A stretch of DNA of 63,887 nt, counting the filler, from Choristocarpus tenellus KU-1152 (Eukaryota; Protista; Phaeophyceae): NCBI GenBank assembly GCA_964200185.2. It is 6 parts of 6 records of this genome, joined end to end, with 100 filler letters (N's around TTAATTAATTAA, not from the genome) between each part and the next. Parts side by side here need not be neighbours in the genome. Positions count along the whole stretch, not along the records: positions 35,486 to 40,924 come from CAXNAD020010773.1; positions 41,025 to 60,760 come from CAXNAD020000446.1; 4 more parts are not named here. One strand, written 5' to 3'. Each line of letters opens with the position of its first letter. The stretch's first letter is position 1. Shown here one piece after another: positions 38,276 to 51,400 of this stretch. Made by a program: the position numbers and the translations under genes. The notes beneath the pieces were generated by a model, which made no database searches, was not told the DNA's origin, and saw only the letters and a program-made list of their open reading frames with translations.

Positions 38276-39519
38276 ACAGTCGGCCGGAGGCCCAGGGACT
38301 CATGAACACCAAAAGATCACAGACCTGATAACATCTAACCTCAGCACGACGTGTACGATGGACCTCGCCACATCTGACTTCTTGACACAGAGATACAACG
38401 CCAGCCTTCTTGACAACGGTAGAGTGGAGTCTATGTTCTCGAAGCTGGGGCCGGACCCACAGGTCGTCGCCAATAGGCTCGCGGGGATCCTGAGTGGGCA
38501 GTCTTTTTCCCTGTGCTCGAGATGGAAGACCATAAGCGACTTCAAAGCCGACATGCTCAGGGTAAACGTGCCTTCCAGTGTGCCAGACAGGGAATTGTTT
38601 GAATATTATATCGCCAATAACTACTTGGACGTGGACCATAATGGCGACAATAGGGAGATAGAGGACGACGACAACCTCTTGTTTTTCCTTAATGGACAAC
38701 ACCGCATAATGGTGTTGAGGATCATCGAGTGCGTCGCCAAGGAGGACAATGTCCCTTGTCGCATCAACCTCCCAGCTCATGTGACAACACGATGGGCCTC
38801 AGAAGTAGGAACAAGCCTCCAGATGGCCCACCACAGGAGATCCATGTGGAAGATATATCCACATTGCAGTCGGTAGAAGGCTGAATCAATCTCCATAGGA
38901 GAGAGCATTGCAGCCAGCCGATCGCACGTGCCAAACATCCTAGACATATTCCATTGGATGATGTCTTGGGTTGCCGCTATCCTGGAGTATAGGCGCGACT
39001 TCAGTTTCGACAGGTCCCACCCCTACGTCCTGGAAACGGAAGAGGACTCGGATCGTCGCGCGCGCATGGCGACACTGGTCACCAAGTACAACCAGTACTG
39101 TCTAGGTGACATAGACTTCCGGAGAGCCGATGCCGCATTACAGACGGCTGTTAAGAGGAGGGTAGCTGCAAAGATAAAGGCATTCTTCAGAGAAGCTTGG
39201 GAGGATAGACATATGGAAGCCGGTGTGAATAGACTCACCGACCAGACCTCCGTCCAATTCTTCAACGTGATCACCACCCTTGTCTACATATGCGTGGGAA
39301 AAGGTGGCATTCTCACGGCTCTTTCCACAGGAAACGATTCGTGAAACGAATGTGAAGCACCACGTACCTTTCGTCGCATATATCCATATTAATTCCGTGT
39401 CGGTGATCCAACCAACCCAATCCCTTTCTTCCCCCCACTATGTTCCACCAGAGACAAAAGAACTGGAGGAGATCCTTCTCGGTGTGTGGACAGAGCACAA
39501 GAAGCGCGATGGGTCAAGT
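38276..39519 (+). pseudogene. Disrupted gene encoding a ParB/Sulfiredoxin-like (xGQHR motif) protein
   Basis: The frame is open from a pyrimidine-rich acceptor (AG 38274-38275) through R...LLDNGRVESM, LLFFLNGQHRIMVLR and WKIYPHCSR*KAESISIGES...VPNILDIF. There is an in-frame TAG at 38874 and a stop or frameshift near 39340; a candidate GTAAGC donor sits at 39520. Confidence 0.5.
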
Positions 39520-39658
39520 GTAAGCGCGATGCAGCCGCCTCCACATTAGTACATCCAATACCCCATCGCTAACAGTCCAACAATATCGTAGTAACCCCTG
39601 CCTTCGCTTACTGAGCTTGAATTGACGTTTCATACATTGGTAATGCTATTGACCTTAT

Positions 39659-39835
39659 GACCCAAAGTATCTGGGGGGGGGGGGGGGCTACACCAGGGTG
39701 TCTATTTGGGTCAAAACCAGGGAAAGTGCACTGTCATTATCCATCCGACATATGGAACCAAATCACCCAAAAATTGCAACATGAAAAAATTGACCCCAAA
39801 TGGACAGCCGCCACCCCCCCCAGATACTTTGAGCC
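39659..39835 (+). mobile_element. 177-bp G-run MITE with 4-bp TSD TTAT
   Basis: ttat-GACCCAAAGTATCTGGGGGGG...CCCCCCCCAGATACTTTGAGCC-ttat. Confidence 0.88.
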
Positions 39836-40103
39836 TTATGACATACGCCATTAACCAACAGACCCACTCCCACTCCCACATTCTTCTGTCCTAATCATGT
39901 CACCTTATCCTCCGCACACCCAACGCGCACCTGACTAGGAAAAATTCGACTTCAGAGCGGTTCACATGTTCACTGTGCTGTGGTACGCTAACCCAGACGC
40001 TGCCATCAAATCCCTCAAGAACAGCGGGGGGTTCACACACACCTACAGGTTGAAGGTAGGGTAAACAATCCCAACTATGTTGTCCCCACACGATGACGCC
40101 ACA

Positions 40104-40176
40104 CTTGACATAGGGCAGACAGCAATGAAGGAGTTCGATGTGTTCTGTCGAACAGTAAGGTCATCAGTTTCCAAAG
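40104..40176 (-). repeat. Inverted partial copy of the 233-bp unit
   Basis: cttgacatagggcag...gatgtgttctgtcgaa...catcagtttccaaag is an imperfect reverse complement of ~37796-37870. Confidence 0.75.
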
Positions 40177-40924
40177 AACACCAAGCCCATAGGGTTCTGC
40201 TGCGCTACGCGCATCCCCTCATAATCCTTCCCTAGTAGATACACTGCTAACCCTAAATCCTCCATATCCTTAAAGCCCATTCATAATCAGTATCCTAACG
40301 ACACACCATCGCACATTTGACGTACATGTAGCTCACGGACGAGGTCAAGTCTTAGGAGCAGTATTTCGCAAGAATGTGCACGGATGTCTTCGCTGGAGCC
40401 GGCTTAGCCATCCTTAGAGGGGAGACTCCCCAAGGCCATTGCTGGCGCGACACTGTCGAGGTGGCTGCCCAATTCTTCTCAGAACAGGCTGCTAAAAAAT
40501 CCTGCTAACGTGCTCTCGTTGACGTATGTTGTCGGGACGGAGACGTTTCCAGAGGAATGGGTAAGTCGATTTTGACCGTGACAATTCAAGTAACGTATGG
40601 ATGTATATGCATATACCCCCCTCCTGACCCCACAACGGCCGCAATGTTTACCGTCTAGTTCCTGCCTCGCGAGGAAGATATCCATGTCATCCATGTGACT
40701 TACCGTTCCACTACCCATGTTATTCTCCATGACAGTTCTCTCACACTCTTAGGGGCGTCCGGAACAAACGGCCCACGGCCGACCAGGACAAAGGGAAGAA
40801 GAAGACTAGAGGAAAGGGGAAGAAGAATAGACCAGGAGTCGGCGATCCAGACACGGCGTCTGCCGCCCAGGCGGAGGAGGAGTGGGCGTCTCAACCCTGG
40901 AAAGTCCAATTGTCATACATGAGA

Positions 40925-41024
40925 NNNNNNNNNNNNNNNNNNNNNNNNNNNNNNNNNNNNNNNNNNNNTTAATTAATTAANNNNNNNNNNNNNNNNNNNN
41001 NNNNNNNNNNNNNNNNNNNNNNNN
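40925..41024. other. Artificial contig linker
   Basis: N44-TTAATTAATTAA-N44. Confidence 0.98.
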
Positions 41025-41122
41025 TGCTGGACTCATCCTTCATAGCCATGTTGGATGCCCAAGGATTGGCCCCATGCCCCCTGTCCCCCCCCACACATTA
41101 CCATGACAATGCATTCAAGCAG

Positions 41123-42047
41123 CCTGCATGCTACCTATGGGCCTTGGATTGCCTTCCGAGCTGTGCTACTGACAGGTGATTGCAATGGCCCTGAGACTAG
41201 CTTTACCCAGGGTCAACCTGGGGTGACCAGTACAGGTCACATAGTCCGTCTTCAGTGCCCTGCATCACAAGAGGAGCTGAACCGTGCAGCTAGTGTGATG
41301 ACTGAGGGCCTTACAAATGCTGGTCGAAGGGGGGCAATTTTCAACAGACACACTCAGGCAGATGAGAAGTGGTCACATAAGAGTGGCAGTGGTGACAGCA
41401 ATAGCAACAATCGCATACAAACCTCTCTACCTGAGGAATTTTATGTGGGGGATAAGCCCTGCACCCCTGGCTACGATACTATGTTGGGTTCAGGATCGGC
41501 CATATCAACACATTCTTTATGTCCCCCTGCACCCTGTATTGCAATTGAAGAGGGCAGGAATGGGAAATTAGCATGTGTTTCTGGGAGTGAAGAGGTGGCA
41601 ATTGAGGAGCAAGAGGGATGCAAAGGAGAACAGCATGAGCAATTGACACTAGTTAGGGACATTAGGGCAGACATGAAGGATCAAGGAGCCGGCTTGCTCT
41701 CGTCCTTACCAGAGACACCTGATTGTCACATTAGTGATATCCACAAGAAAGGAGGGGTACTAGGAGGACAAGCAGATATGGTATCAGTAGAAGAGGGGGC
41801 AGGAAGTGGGGTGGTCCCTGCACTGCTGGATGTGATGGAAAAGGAGGTGGAAGGGTTGAAAGATACCTGGAAAATATATCTAGCCTCAAGAGATGCATTC
41901 CAGGTGGGTCGGAGCAACCGTTATCCTCAGGATATGATAAGGTACCATTACACACATTCCCATGGTGGGCTGCAACTTTTAGAGATGCTGGTACACCATG
42001 GTCAAGGACAACTGGGAATGAATGAGCAGGGAGCACGAGAGAATTGA
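41123..42047 (+). CDS. MMACHC/CblC-like cobalamin-processing protein, terminal exon (5' exons missing at contig edge)
   Basis: LHATYGPWIAFRAVLL matches the HPxYGGWFAxR motif and WKIYLASRDAF...RYPQDMIRYHY matches the C-terminal W..RD...RY...Q..Y motif. A C-rich acceptor lies upstream. Confidence 0.72.
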
Positions 42048-44481
42048 GGTAGAGTTGTGCTACACATAACTATGGATATAGACTTTTGAAAATAATATAT
42101 AAAGTTGATAGGGTTATTATCCGCCCAAAAGTACCATTGTGCAGTCCATTATCTAATTGTGAAAAATGGAAAGGTGAATTATCGTTCAGGAAGCTACAAA
42201 TGGTGTCCAAGAAGGGCATTCTTTGTAGGTGGTACCTCCTCCAATTAACTGTGTTATAAATTTGTGAAATGGAACAGTCAGTTTGTGAAAGTCTTTAAAA
42301 AGAAAGTATACATGCAGTGAACAAAAAAATGAAATACAGAGTCTAAACATATTGGAGAAAAAATGTATAGTGCAATGGTTTTATGCTGTATTCTTATGAG
42401 TGAACTGCAGAGTTGCAGACTGCTACACCTAAATTGATGAAGGATGATGAGTGTTTATGCCAACATTGATGTGGGAACAACTCTTACTTACTATCATGCT
42501 GACTGTAAAGAATACGTCACTTCAAAAAATACATTATACTCTTGGAGTGCGATATAGTATCATAGTGACTTATTATGATATTGGTACTATGGAGCACATT
42601 TATTAGAAGGTTTGTACTCCAGAGTACATAATAATTGTCCATACTGTACAATGAATGTGAATTTGACAAGTGAGGGCTACATCAAGTCCTAAAACTGCTG
42701 TACTTAAGCCACACTGAACTTTGTGGCGCAAGCAATTGGGTGATGCTTGTTGATGAAAGGAATATCTCAGTGCAGCTCCCTCTGCCCTGCCAAAAGGATT
42801 TGATGAAGTTGCTCGTTTCTTTTTTATTGACAGTGGATCAATGTTGCACTTGTAGGGCTATGCTTTCAGTAGAGATTTTCAACTTACATTCAAGATAGAA
42901 CCTGCTAAGAAGAAAAGGTACTTTGTCTAAATTAACCATCTCTACTATTACTGTACATGAACACTCCAAGTTGTACTAACTACTCATTGTGCCTCCATGA
43001 TTGAGAGTACTCCTCCTTCAATCAACAGAGCATCTGCCTGGGCACGTGCTCTTCCCCTATCAGGTGTACCATGTTAGGTCACCTATGTTGTTGAGTGTTT
43101 TTTTAATCAAGTTTTTGCACTGTACAAGGGCGGCAAGTATTGGGTAGCATTTCAGATGTCTTTGAGCCGGTTCTAGTAGTGAATACTTTTGTCATATTTT
43201 GTATCACTCTCTTGTAGTACATACTGAATGCCCTTCCTCCATTGAACTCTAAACAGTACACAGCATGTTGATGTACACACTAAGTAGGAACTACCTCAAT
43301 GTTTTGTTTCCTGTGCCAAGAAAAATATCAGCAATGGGATTTTAGACAAGAGCTGTCACCTGGCATGCGGCAAAGCCCTCTATGACAGCATCAGGTGGTG
43401 GGTGAGAGTCTGACCCACTCGGCTATGCTCTATAGTACACTAGTTTAAAATGAACCAAATCTTGCACAATTTTTTTTTTTGTTGGTCTGAAAAGTAATAA
43501 CAAATTGTTGTGCACATATACAAACCATTTAGGTTTATCAACACAGGAAGGACACCTACAATGCACAGTCAACATATCCACACTTCTCAAGTAAAGTCAA
43601 GTACAATATGCAGGTTTGTGTTCTTGGTAAGTACAATGATTACCATTGGTCCTGCCACTACTTGGTTCACCTTTCAACAATTATCTAGAGGGATCCAGTG
43701 CAGCCATTTGGACATTCATCTTCCAAGTCCGATTCCTATCTCCTTCCCAAACTGCCCACTGCTCATCAATGAAGCCCTCCACAAAGGGTATCACTTGCTG
43801 TGCAAAGAATGGCCACCTAGAGGGTATTGTAGAAAAGTGGCATAAAGGAGTAAAGGAAAACATGGGGAGGGAAGGAACAGCCTTTCAGCAAATTGTTAAA
43901 TTGTACTGTGTGCGAATGATAGGAAAGACATCTAGAAGAAAATGATAGTCTGGCAACTTGAATTTCACTTGGAGGAGATATAGATTGTTCTCTTGTACAC
44001 ACATTGATTAGTAGAAAAAGAGAAAGGGTGTTCTAGCAAGAGAGTAGACCTTGTGCACAGGTCCCACTGTGCTTCCTGACGTCAATCAAGGGTTTAATCT
44101 TAAGACCCTACACGTACTATAATCATGATGTGCTAGTTGTCTCTGCTTCTGCCCAGCCAGACTTGAAGTAGAAGGTTGCATTATTCAGAGTATGATTCAG
44201 AGTGAAGTCCAACTGGAAATAAGTATAAAAAAATTAATTCCCTAGGGTGGATTACCTTAGCACACGGCAATGCTGTAGTGCAGTCACAACAATTGTAACA
44301 CAGAAGGGTGCCTTGAGAATAAAACTCGCCAAAAAATGTTCTACTCATACATGAAGGTTTTTGCACCTAAAAAAATTCAAGGTTTCAAAAACCAGTTGCA
44401 CAAAAACCACGAACACTTCGCTGAGGGTAAAATATAGCAAAAAAACCCTTCCCCTGGTGTAGATCGCGTCCATCCACCGCC

Positions 44482-45238
44482 TCAACAGTTTGGAACTTGC
44501 CTGTACACTACTATAAGCACGCGAGCACCAGGAAAGGCACGGATAATAACCCCACTCCGTCTGGCCGGACCAACTGCGTAAACTCCACAAGGTGTGCTGC
44601 CAAAGACACGAAAGCGCTGCCCTGTGCAGAGTAGGGAATCCTGCCTGCATAGGCCGTCATCGCTCAGTCCCTGCACCGCTCCCACCTTGTCCCATGGAGA
44701 TTTTCGTGAGTTTCCATATTATTTATTGGGTGGAGGAGAGATACGCTGTAGGGACTACTAAAATCATTCTGTGGTATCGGAAAGTGGCGGGGAGGGTCTC
44801 ACCAGTGCAGTTCCCTCGTCAGGCAAGACAAGCACAGACTTGAAGGGTGGCTTCGTCATCTGGAACAACGACCTTCCTTGGTTGTCCAGTAGAGCGACAC
44901 CAGCTACGCATTTGCTCGATATTATGGCGGACAGTAGACATTCGTATTCCGATGTGAATCCAGACGCCTGTGGATGTGAAGGCGGTTCGAAGTAAGCAAT
45001 TGGATGTTGGATTGGTACTGTGACAAAGGATAACAGTTGGGTCTCATGTATGTCCTCGTAACTCACCAACCGAATGACTCAACAGATAAAAATACCGAAC
45101 CTTCGATAGATCAACACACGCGTTTGCTCTTCTTCTTAGGGCCTGTTGTATGTCATCAGTGTGTCCACCCTCTCCTGAGATCATGGCCTTGTTGGATGTT
45201 GGAACCATTGAAGTGAGTTGGAATCCTTTCTGATCCAT
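44482..45238 (-). CDS. Profilin-like protein; exons 45238-45101, 44967-44803, 44670-~44501 (3' end uncertain)
   Basis: Two phase-0 GT-AG introns of 133 and 132 nt. The product ...YECLLSAIISSKCVAGVALLDNQGRSLF...GQRFRVFGSTPCGVYAVGPARRSGVIIRAFPGARVLIVVY follows the profilin pattern. Fold call made by eye. Confidence 0.5.
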
Positions 45239-45478
45239 TTTTAAAATGTGATAGTAGTAGTGAAATTTCAAATGATTTTATTTTTGTCGCTTTCTCTTTT
45301 AGTTCACCATTCTTTAATTTGAACTTATGTACAAGTTACCATTGTCGCGTGCTGCGTGCCTGACCACACGATATCCAAAACGCCAACCTTAAACTCGGTG
45401 CCAACTCGTGCTAGGTGTCTGGTGTCGGTACAAATAGAGGTGTAGTTTCTCTCACTTTACTGGAGTTAGAGTCACATC
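45239..45478. promoter_or_regulatory. Putative 240-bp bidirectional promoter
   Basis: Lies between divergent ATGs at 45238 (-) and 45479 (+). Confidence 0.4.
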
Positions 45479-48400
45479 ATGCTGGAAGCATCCTCAAAGG
45501 AATCTGCGGACCAATTTGAAGGTGAACCAGTTGTGCTGTCCTTTGGAGTCGGATTCTCCTATCAGCTTGGTCTCGACGACAGCGAAGGGCATGCCAAGAG
45601 ACATGAGAGAGATCCAGGTGTGATAATTGCTTATTAAGTTCGTAATGGGCTTATAAAAAACTCTGCAGATTGGTTAACATACGAATGTATTGGAGTGCTA
45701 GAGTTGAGGTATTCTGCAATGCAACAGTCCTCCTTCCAACATCAGGGTCATTGGTTGCCTTCCTACTTCATGTGTATATATGAAGCTTGACAACCTTCCT
45801 CTTGACATTCTACCTATTTTACATACGCACAAAACACCTTAATCCCCCTTTGTCATGGTAGGTGCCTTATCTGAGACGAATGGCGGGGAGGAAAGATGCC
45901 ATGCGGAAGACCCAAGTGTCCGACAGACGTTACAAGGTTCCACTACCAAGGTGACAAGTTTGGTAGATACGAAGAATAATCTACTTTTTCCTTTGGGAAA
46001 TCTCAACCCTGAGAGGCTAAGACCCTTGTAATTATCGGGGATGTAGGTCGTGTATATTTTAAGTCGTGAAAAAAGCATTTGTACACACCACATCCGTGGG
46101 ACTTGGCATTGGTTGAGGTTGGTGCCTTGCGCCTGGACATTCCCCACTAATCCGTTCCTCCCACATCCACTTCTGTAATTGGTAGACCCTCGTGCGAGTG
46201 TCTAACCATGTCAGTGTTTATTCATGTCATTGTCAAACAATGCCAGTGTGTAGGTGGTAAGTGCATGGTACAAAACAGTCAGGAACTGGCTACGGACGAA
46301 AGACCCCTGGAACCGAATGCCACACTGTTTCCGTGGAGCAATGGTCGATTTCGGATTCGTAAGTGCACACTTTCCCCCCGAACAAAAAAAGATTCAGTGC
46401 CATCGCCATAAGATTGGTTGTATTGCTTCATTCGGAATCCTCTGTATGGTTTACGAGCAGAGGATTAGGGCAGAGCTGTCCCATGGCAACCCCCTTGTCG
46501 CCCATTCCCGTTTTACCGCATGTCCCAAAGCCTGACCCCAGAGAAAATTGTATCCATGCAGACAAACGTCGTATGTGCCTCAGTGCGGTTGACTCCCACT
46601 CCTGTGCCCTTGGCGAAGTACCTACAGAAAGGGGATGAGCCTGCTGCCATTGCTGCTGGCTCCAGCCACAGGTAACCAATTGATCACACATGATAAAGGT
46701 CTTTTTATTGCATGTCTATCTTCTCTTCTGAATTTGCCTGTCCTGTTTTGTTTGTGGAAACCCCCCGCCCCACAACCCAGTCCCACGACAACCATCGAGG
46801 GCCTTGCACAGTTTCTGTCACAAGCCTTCTTTTTGTTTTTGTGATCTTGACTGCACTCAACCAGGACTGCTACTTATCCAAAAATAAATAGCAACATCCT
46901 CTGTAGTAATCTGTCTGACTGCCATGAACTGAACCAGCCCACCCTTTTGAGGATAAAATTGGGAGATAATTATTTACTTGCTGGCGTTGGTCCTCTCAGA
47001 CAACACTCTACCGTCTTTGGTGTAGACTGGTTTTGTGGTGTACTCATGGATACTGTTGACACTGTGGGCGTTTTCCATACGTGCAGTATGGGTCTGAGAA
47101 TGACCGTCGTACCTCCATTTACATATTTGTTAAAAAATTTAGCTATTTTTATAGAGTGGGAGCTGTGTATTGCCTCCTCTCACCTACACCTACCACCTTT
47201 CAATGCCGATACAAACCCCCTTGTATAGATATGTAAGGTATTGGCATCTGCTGTTTTTTATTATTACACGGTTTGATGTATTGTGTGAAATATTTTCCAT
47301 GCATGTGTTTCGGGCATGTCTTTGTGCTCTGTCCTTGGTCAGAGAGGGGAGGTTGAGGTAGACACTCCTTTTGTTCAAAGGCGCAAGACACGCCCTCCAA
47401 GGTGCCATGTAATACCTCAAGGCAAAGGAAAGGATAGTAAGATAGGGAGTAGAACAAGAGGTCTGTTGCGGTGCACTGTACTCTCCTTTCTGTTTACACT
47501 TTCGAAACATTCTTAGTGTCGTTCAATGTTTGAAGTGGTACACCCTGCTACTCAGTGAAGGACTGTTGCTGTAGAATGAAGGGATGATGATAAATGTGTG
47601 GAAGGGGTAGGAGTTCAGTATGGTGAGGACTGGGCTGAGTGTGATACTGGGTATGCTCGTTCCATAGGTTGAGGTTTTACCTTTTGCACCCATATTCCCT
47701 ACTCCTGTGCGATTTCGTTTTCAAGTAATAGAATCATTGGCATTGCCCATGGCAATCCTGGAGTTGAAAACCTTATACAGGTGATGATGTGGATGAATGT
47801 TTTGTGCAATGCTGTTTGTGCGGTGATAGTTTGTACTATTTTGGATACAGAGCTTGGCACCTGCCTGGATCGTGCAGCAGGCAGATTCAGTGTCAAGATG
47901 GTTTCACAGTTGTACACTAGGAAGTGCTTTTAAAGTACATTTTATGTTGATGGTCCTTCTGTCTTTTACCTTGCCAGAGGGTCACGAATTGGCTTTCCTT
48001 GAGCGTGATTGCCTGCCCACTTCGCTCTGTGGTACATGCCCAAGGTGATGGACTCAATTGCATTTCCCAACAGCATGTGGCATTGATGCGAACCAACAAA
48101 ATTTGCTGTGTGATTACCCATCATTTCCATGGAGCTTCAGGCTACTAAAGTATGTAGCTACTCCTCCCTAACTTCCATCCCTTCTTCCTGCCCCACTACC
48201 CGAACCCCTAAATGTTACCCCAACAACATTGTGATTGCATATGATCTCTCCTGATCTGAGGGTAGTGTCCTCCTGACTACCAAAGGAAAATTATACCGCT
48301 GGGGTCTAGACGATGGGGAAATATTTAGGGTGCCTGAAATACTCCTGACGGGAGTTCCTCTTCAATGCGTGGCGATCTCCTGTGGAAGGAAGCACACCAT

Positions 48401-51400
48401 GGCTCTCATGAAGGGAGGTTAGTGAGCTCACTACGACAGTACCTCAGGGAGAAAAATGTATACTTCAGTAAATTAGGTCCTAGTACCTGTTGCTGTGCAG
48501 TGCACTGGTGTGATGTGGTATGGTGTTGCTCACTGGATGGGTATGGGAAGAGGGGGAATGTTGATGACCTGAGCAGAAGAAGGTGGTGCTGTTGTCGCAG
48601 TAGATATGATACTGAACACAAGACCTCGTCAAGGGATGAGGCGGTAAAACAACATGCAGTCATATGCAGTTACAAGAAGGTATAGTGTAATTTTTTTTAC
48701 GCCCATTCATTTTCTTGCTGCTTTGGATTGATTGCTTCGGTGGGTCTGTCTTGGCCAGGTGTAGTGATGACCTGGGGAACTGGATACTTTGGGCAGCTTG
48801 GTCATGGTGACAATGCAAGCTACCGCCATCCCAAGGTGTTGCGTAGGCTTGACCCACAACGCTTGAGGGACCCTGTGGAGCAGGTGTGTTTTGTGTGTGT
48901 TTTTTTGGGAACATTAGTTTATTTCCACCTTCCTTGCTGGTGCTTAATATGGTGTTCCCTATAGGTGAGGGAGTTTTTTTGTTCCTTTTTTTATGTAGTG
49001 TGTCTGCTACTAGTGTGTCCAAATGGCTGATACTCTACATTTGTGTAGACTCTTTTTGCTACGGAGTTAGAATTGTATTGCCTGTAAGTCTAATGATATG
49101 TTTTTTTTTAATAACAGTTTCGTAATGCTGTGAGTATTTCGTGTTTTCCCCCTCCCCCCAAGAATGGAAATGAATCACCCTCTTCCATGTTACTAAAACA
49201 GGTTGCGTGTGGTGGGTACCACTCTGTGGCTCTGACTCTCTCTGGAAGGGTGTTCTCATGGGGCTTTAACCGCTATGGTCAGTGCGGCGTTGGTAGCAAA
49301 GAGAACACCATCTCTGAACCCCTGCCCACCAAACTTGACAGGATATCTGAAGACGGAATGGGAACTGTAACACACGTGGGTGTGCCCCACTCCCCCCCCC
49401 CTTGCCCACCCTCTTTGCTTTGCCTTGAGATACACTATCTGAACATTGCATTGAGAGATTTCTATGATCATTTGCATATATTTTGGGTTATTTTGTCACT
49501 TACTTTAGACGTGGTATTATTGGTGTTTTGAGTGGAATGTTTTGTTGCAGTGGTGTGATAGGCAGGAGGAGTTTAGTTAAAGAAATCACTTGTTGCTGTG
49601 TGTGCCTTCTTTTTTATTTTGTTTACAGCTTGCATGCCTACAGTTAGTCTTTTCTTTTTTATTGCTAGTTTGTGACATTTTTTTGAAAATGGCTTCTTTC
49701 TGATGGATTTTGAAATTGGTCTAGTTTTTCTTGTGTTTTTGTTTGTAAGGATTGACTGGGGCTTGCTCATGGGTTAGGATGAAAGGGGCGACAGGAAATT
49801 TGGTTGCTGTAAGACCAAGATTTTCCTATATAGATAGAGGTATATCTACTGCACTGGAGTATTATGCCTAGAACCTGTCTACATTGACTAACATCAGCTT
49901 CCTATCTGGACCAATGGGCTTGCTGCCTTCCCCCCACAACTGGGCTAATCACAATGCAGGTAGTTTGTGGAAGGCACCATAGTGCCCTGATCACCAGCCG
50001 TGGAGGGTTGTACACTTGGGGAGGGAGCAGCTTTGGCAAGGTACATGTACATCAATTGTGTTTTCTTACCTTGTGGGCGCATTTGGGTGGTTTGTCTCAA
50101 GAAGGGAGGGGGAGGAATTGAGAAAATTGGACTGGGGCAGGGGGGTCTAAGGTTTAAGTGAGAATCAACATCTCTTTTGCCTTACAAAATACCTTTTCTG
50201 TGCTGATTTCACAAACCTACCCACAAGTCCCTCACACACGCATACACCTGCCCCTTCCCTGACCCTCCCTTTGTGGCAAAAGCTGGGGTTACCAAACCCT
50301 GAAAAAGTGGTTCACACTCCGATGGAGGTGCCATTCTTTCGGACTACCCCTGTCTTAGATGTGGACACAGGTGAGTGGTGGGGTGGAGGGAAAAGAAGGG
50401 GTTTGGTGACTCTGCTGAGAGGGGTACAGATGACGGACCCACCGCCTCCATATTTGTCTCTATATGTATGTTTAACTTTCTTTTTCCCTGTTAATATGGT
50501 ACTATTATAGAGTGATGTTTCTGGTTCTTTCTTTTTTTACCTTTATTTTCAGTTAAGTGTGTTTTTCATGTTCATAGATTTGTTACGTTGTTTTTTATTG
50601 CTACTGCCATCATGTTGGTGTTCAACCCAGGCATGTGGCGTCTCTTCACAAGTTGTGAATTTGTGTTGACTTGATCAATTTTGTTTGTGTCACCTTGAGC
50701 TGCCTTTCACTCCTCCTGTGTAAGGTGCTAACCTTGTCTTGCACTCATTTATGTTGCATAACAGTACTTTGCAGCACCTCTAGAATGCCCCTGCCCCCTC
50801 CCCTCCCCCCATTTGATCCCCCCTTCAATAGGTGATTTTCACATGGTAGCTCTGACAAGACAGGGGAGTGTATACAGCTGGGGCTATGGCACAGAGGGCC
50901 AGGGGGGTCACGGGGGTCTCCTTCACATGCGTACGCCTCGCAAGGTGGAGGCTCTCAATGGCATCCCCATGGCCCAGGTGGTTTGTGGCCCGTGGTGGAG
51001 TATGGCTGTGACTGTTGATGGTTTTTGCTATTCCTGGGGATGTGCTGATGGCGGATGGACGGGATTAGAACGACCAGGGGTGCTGCTGAGGGCTGAGCCA
51101 GGCCCTGCAATTGACAGGTGTTGTATTGAAAGTGAACGTCTGATGTTTGGGGGGGGGGAGTAACCAAAAGTTGAGTGGTTATTGCTGAAACGAATAAGAT
51201 GCACGCACACACACACACATACTTGTATATTGAAGATTAATGGAAGGTATGGTGTTTCAGATGTAGTGTTTACTGTGTTTTTTTGTGTTATCACAAATGA
51301 ATCTCTTTCGTGTGAGTTATTTTGAACCTTGCATTGACCTCTATCTGTAGTGTGTAGATCTTTCGGAGGTATGTCCTATTTTTTTGTGGTACAAGGATTT

